Of a stretch of DNA of 63,957 bases, positions 63,927 to 63,957 are shown one piece after another; position 1 is the stretch's first letter; every line of letters starts with the position of its first letter. The position numbers and the translations under genes were made by a program. This DNA is from Octopus bimaculoides. Its lineage: Eukaryota. Location: NCBI RefSeq assembly GCF_001194135.2, contig NC_068981.1:170449998-170513954 (forward strand), in the 5' to 3' direction. A model generated the notes under the pieces. The model had not been told where the DNA came from, did no database searches, and worked only from the letters and a program-made list of their open reading frames with translations.

Positions 63927-63957
<31 letters not shown>

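Noticed and set aside
1-63957. CRISPR array, rRNA, operon or prokaryotic defence system
   Set aside because: No repeat-spacer periodicity, no rRNA motifs, and no dense coding; the DNA is eukaryotic repeat-rich sequence.

Overview
AT-rich eukaryotic draft-assembly DNA with 16 N-gaps (about 6.5 kb), most flanked by simple repeats. The SINE repertoire (tRNA head plus CORE-like and other central domains) and very high microsatellite density point to a cephalopod, probably Octopus; this is an inference from remembered repeat families, with no search run. No intact host gene, structural RNA gene or CRISPR array is supported, and nearly all long ORFs in the supplied track are microsatellite or gap artefacts. 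The window is a transposon graveyard: at least 4 Penelope-like element (PLE) remnants, 4 mariner remnants, an internally deleted Gypsy LTR element (LTR-PBS-gag-protease-LTR), RTE, CR1-like and restriction-like-endonuclease LINE fragments, about 15 SINE pieces, and four unrelated 215-305 bp fold-back palindromes between 44.7 and 55.3 kb. The most interesting signals are: (1) several minimal type-I hammerhead ribozyme motifs of the PLE-terminal type, one with an intact catalytic core (18650-18695) and others with specific core lesions; (2) a 215-codon stop-free minus-strand frame (4799-4155) missed by the ORF track, which may be a host exon; (3) modular SINEs, including one family with an internal microsatellite that has captured a fold-back element; (4) a 541-bp element embedded in (TAA)n on both sides. 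All domain calls are by-eye motif recognition and need HMM/BLAST confirmation. I see no strong evidence of a wholly new biological system.
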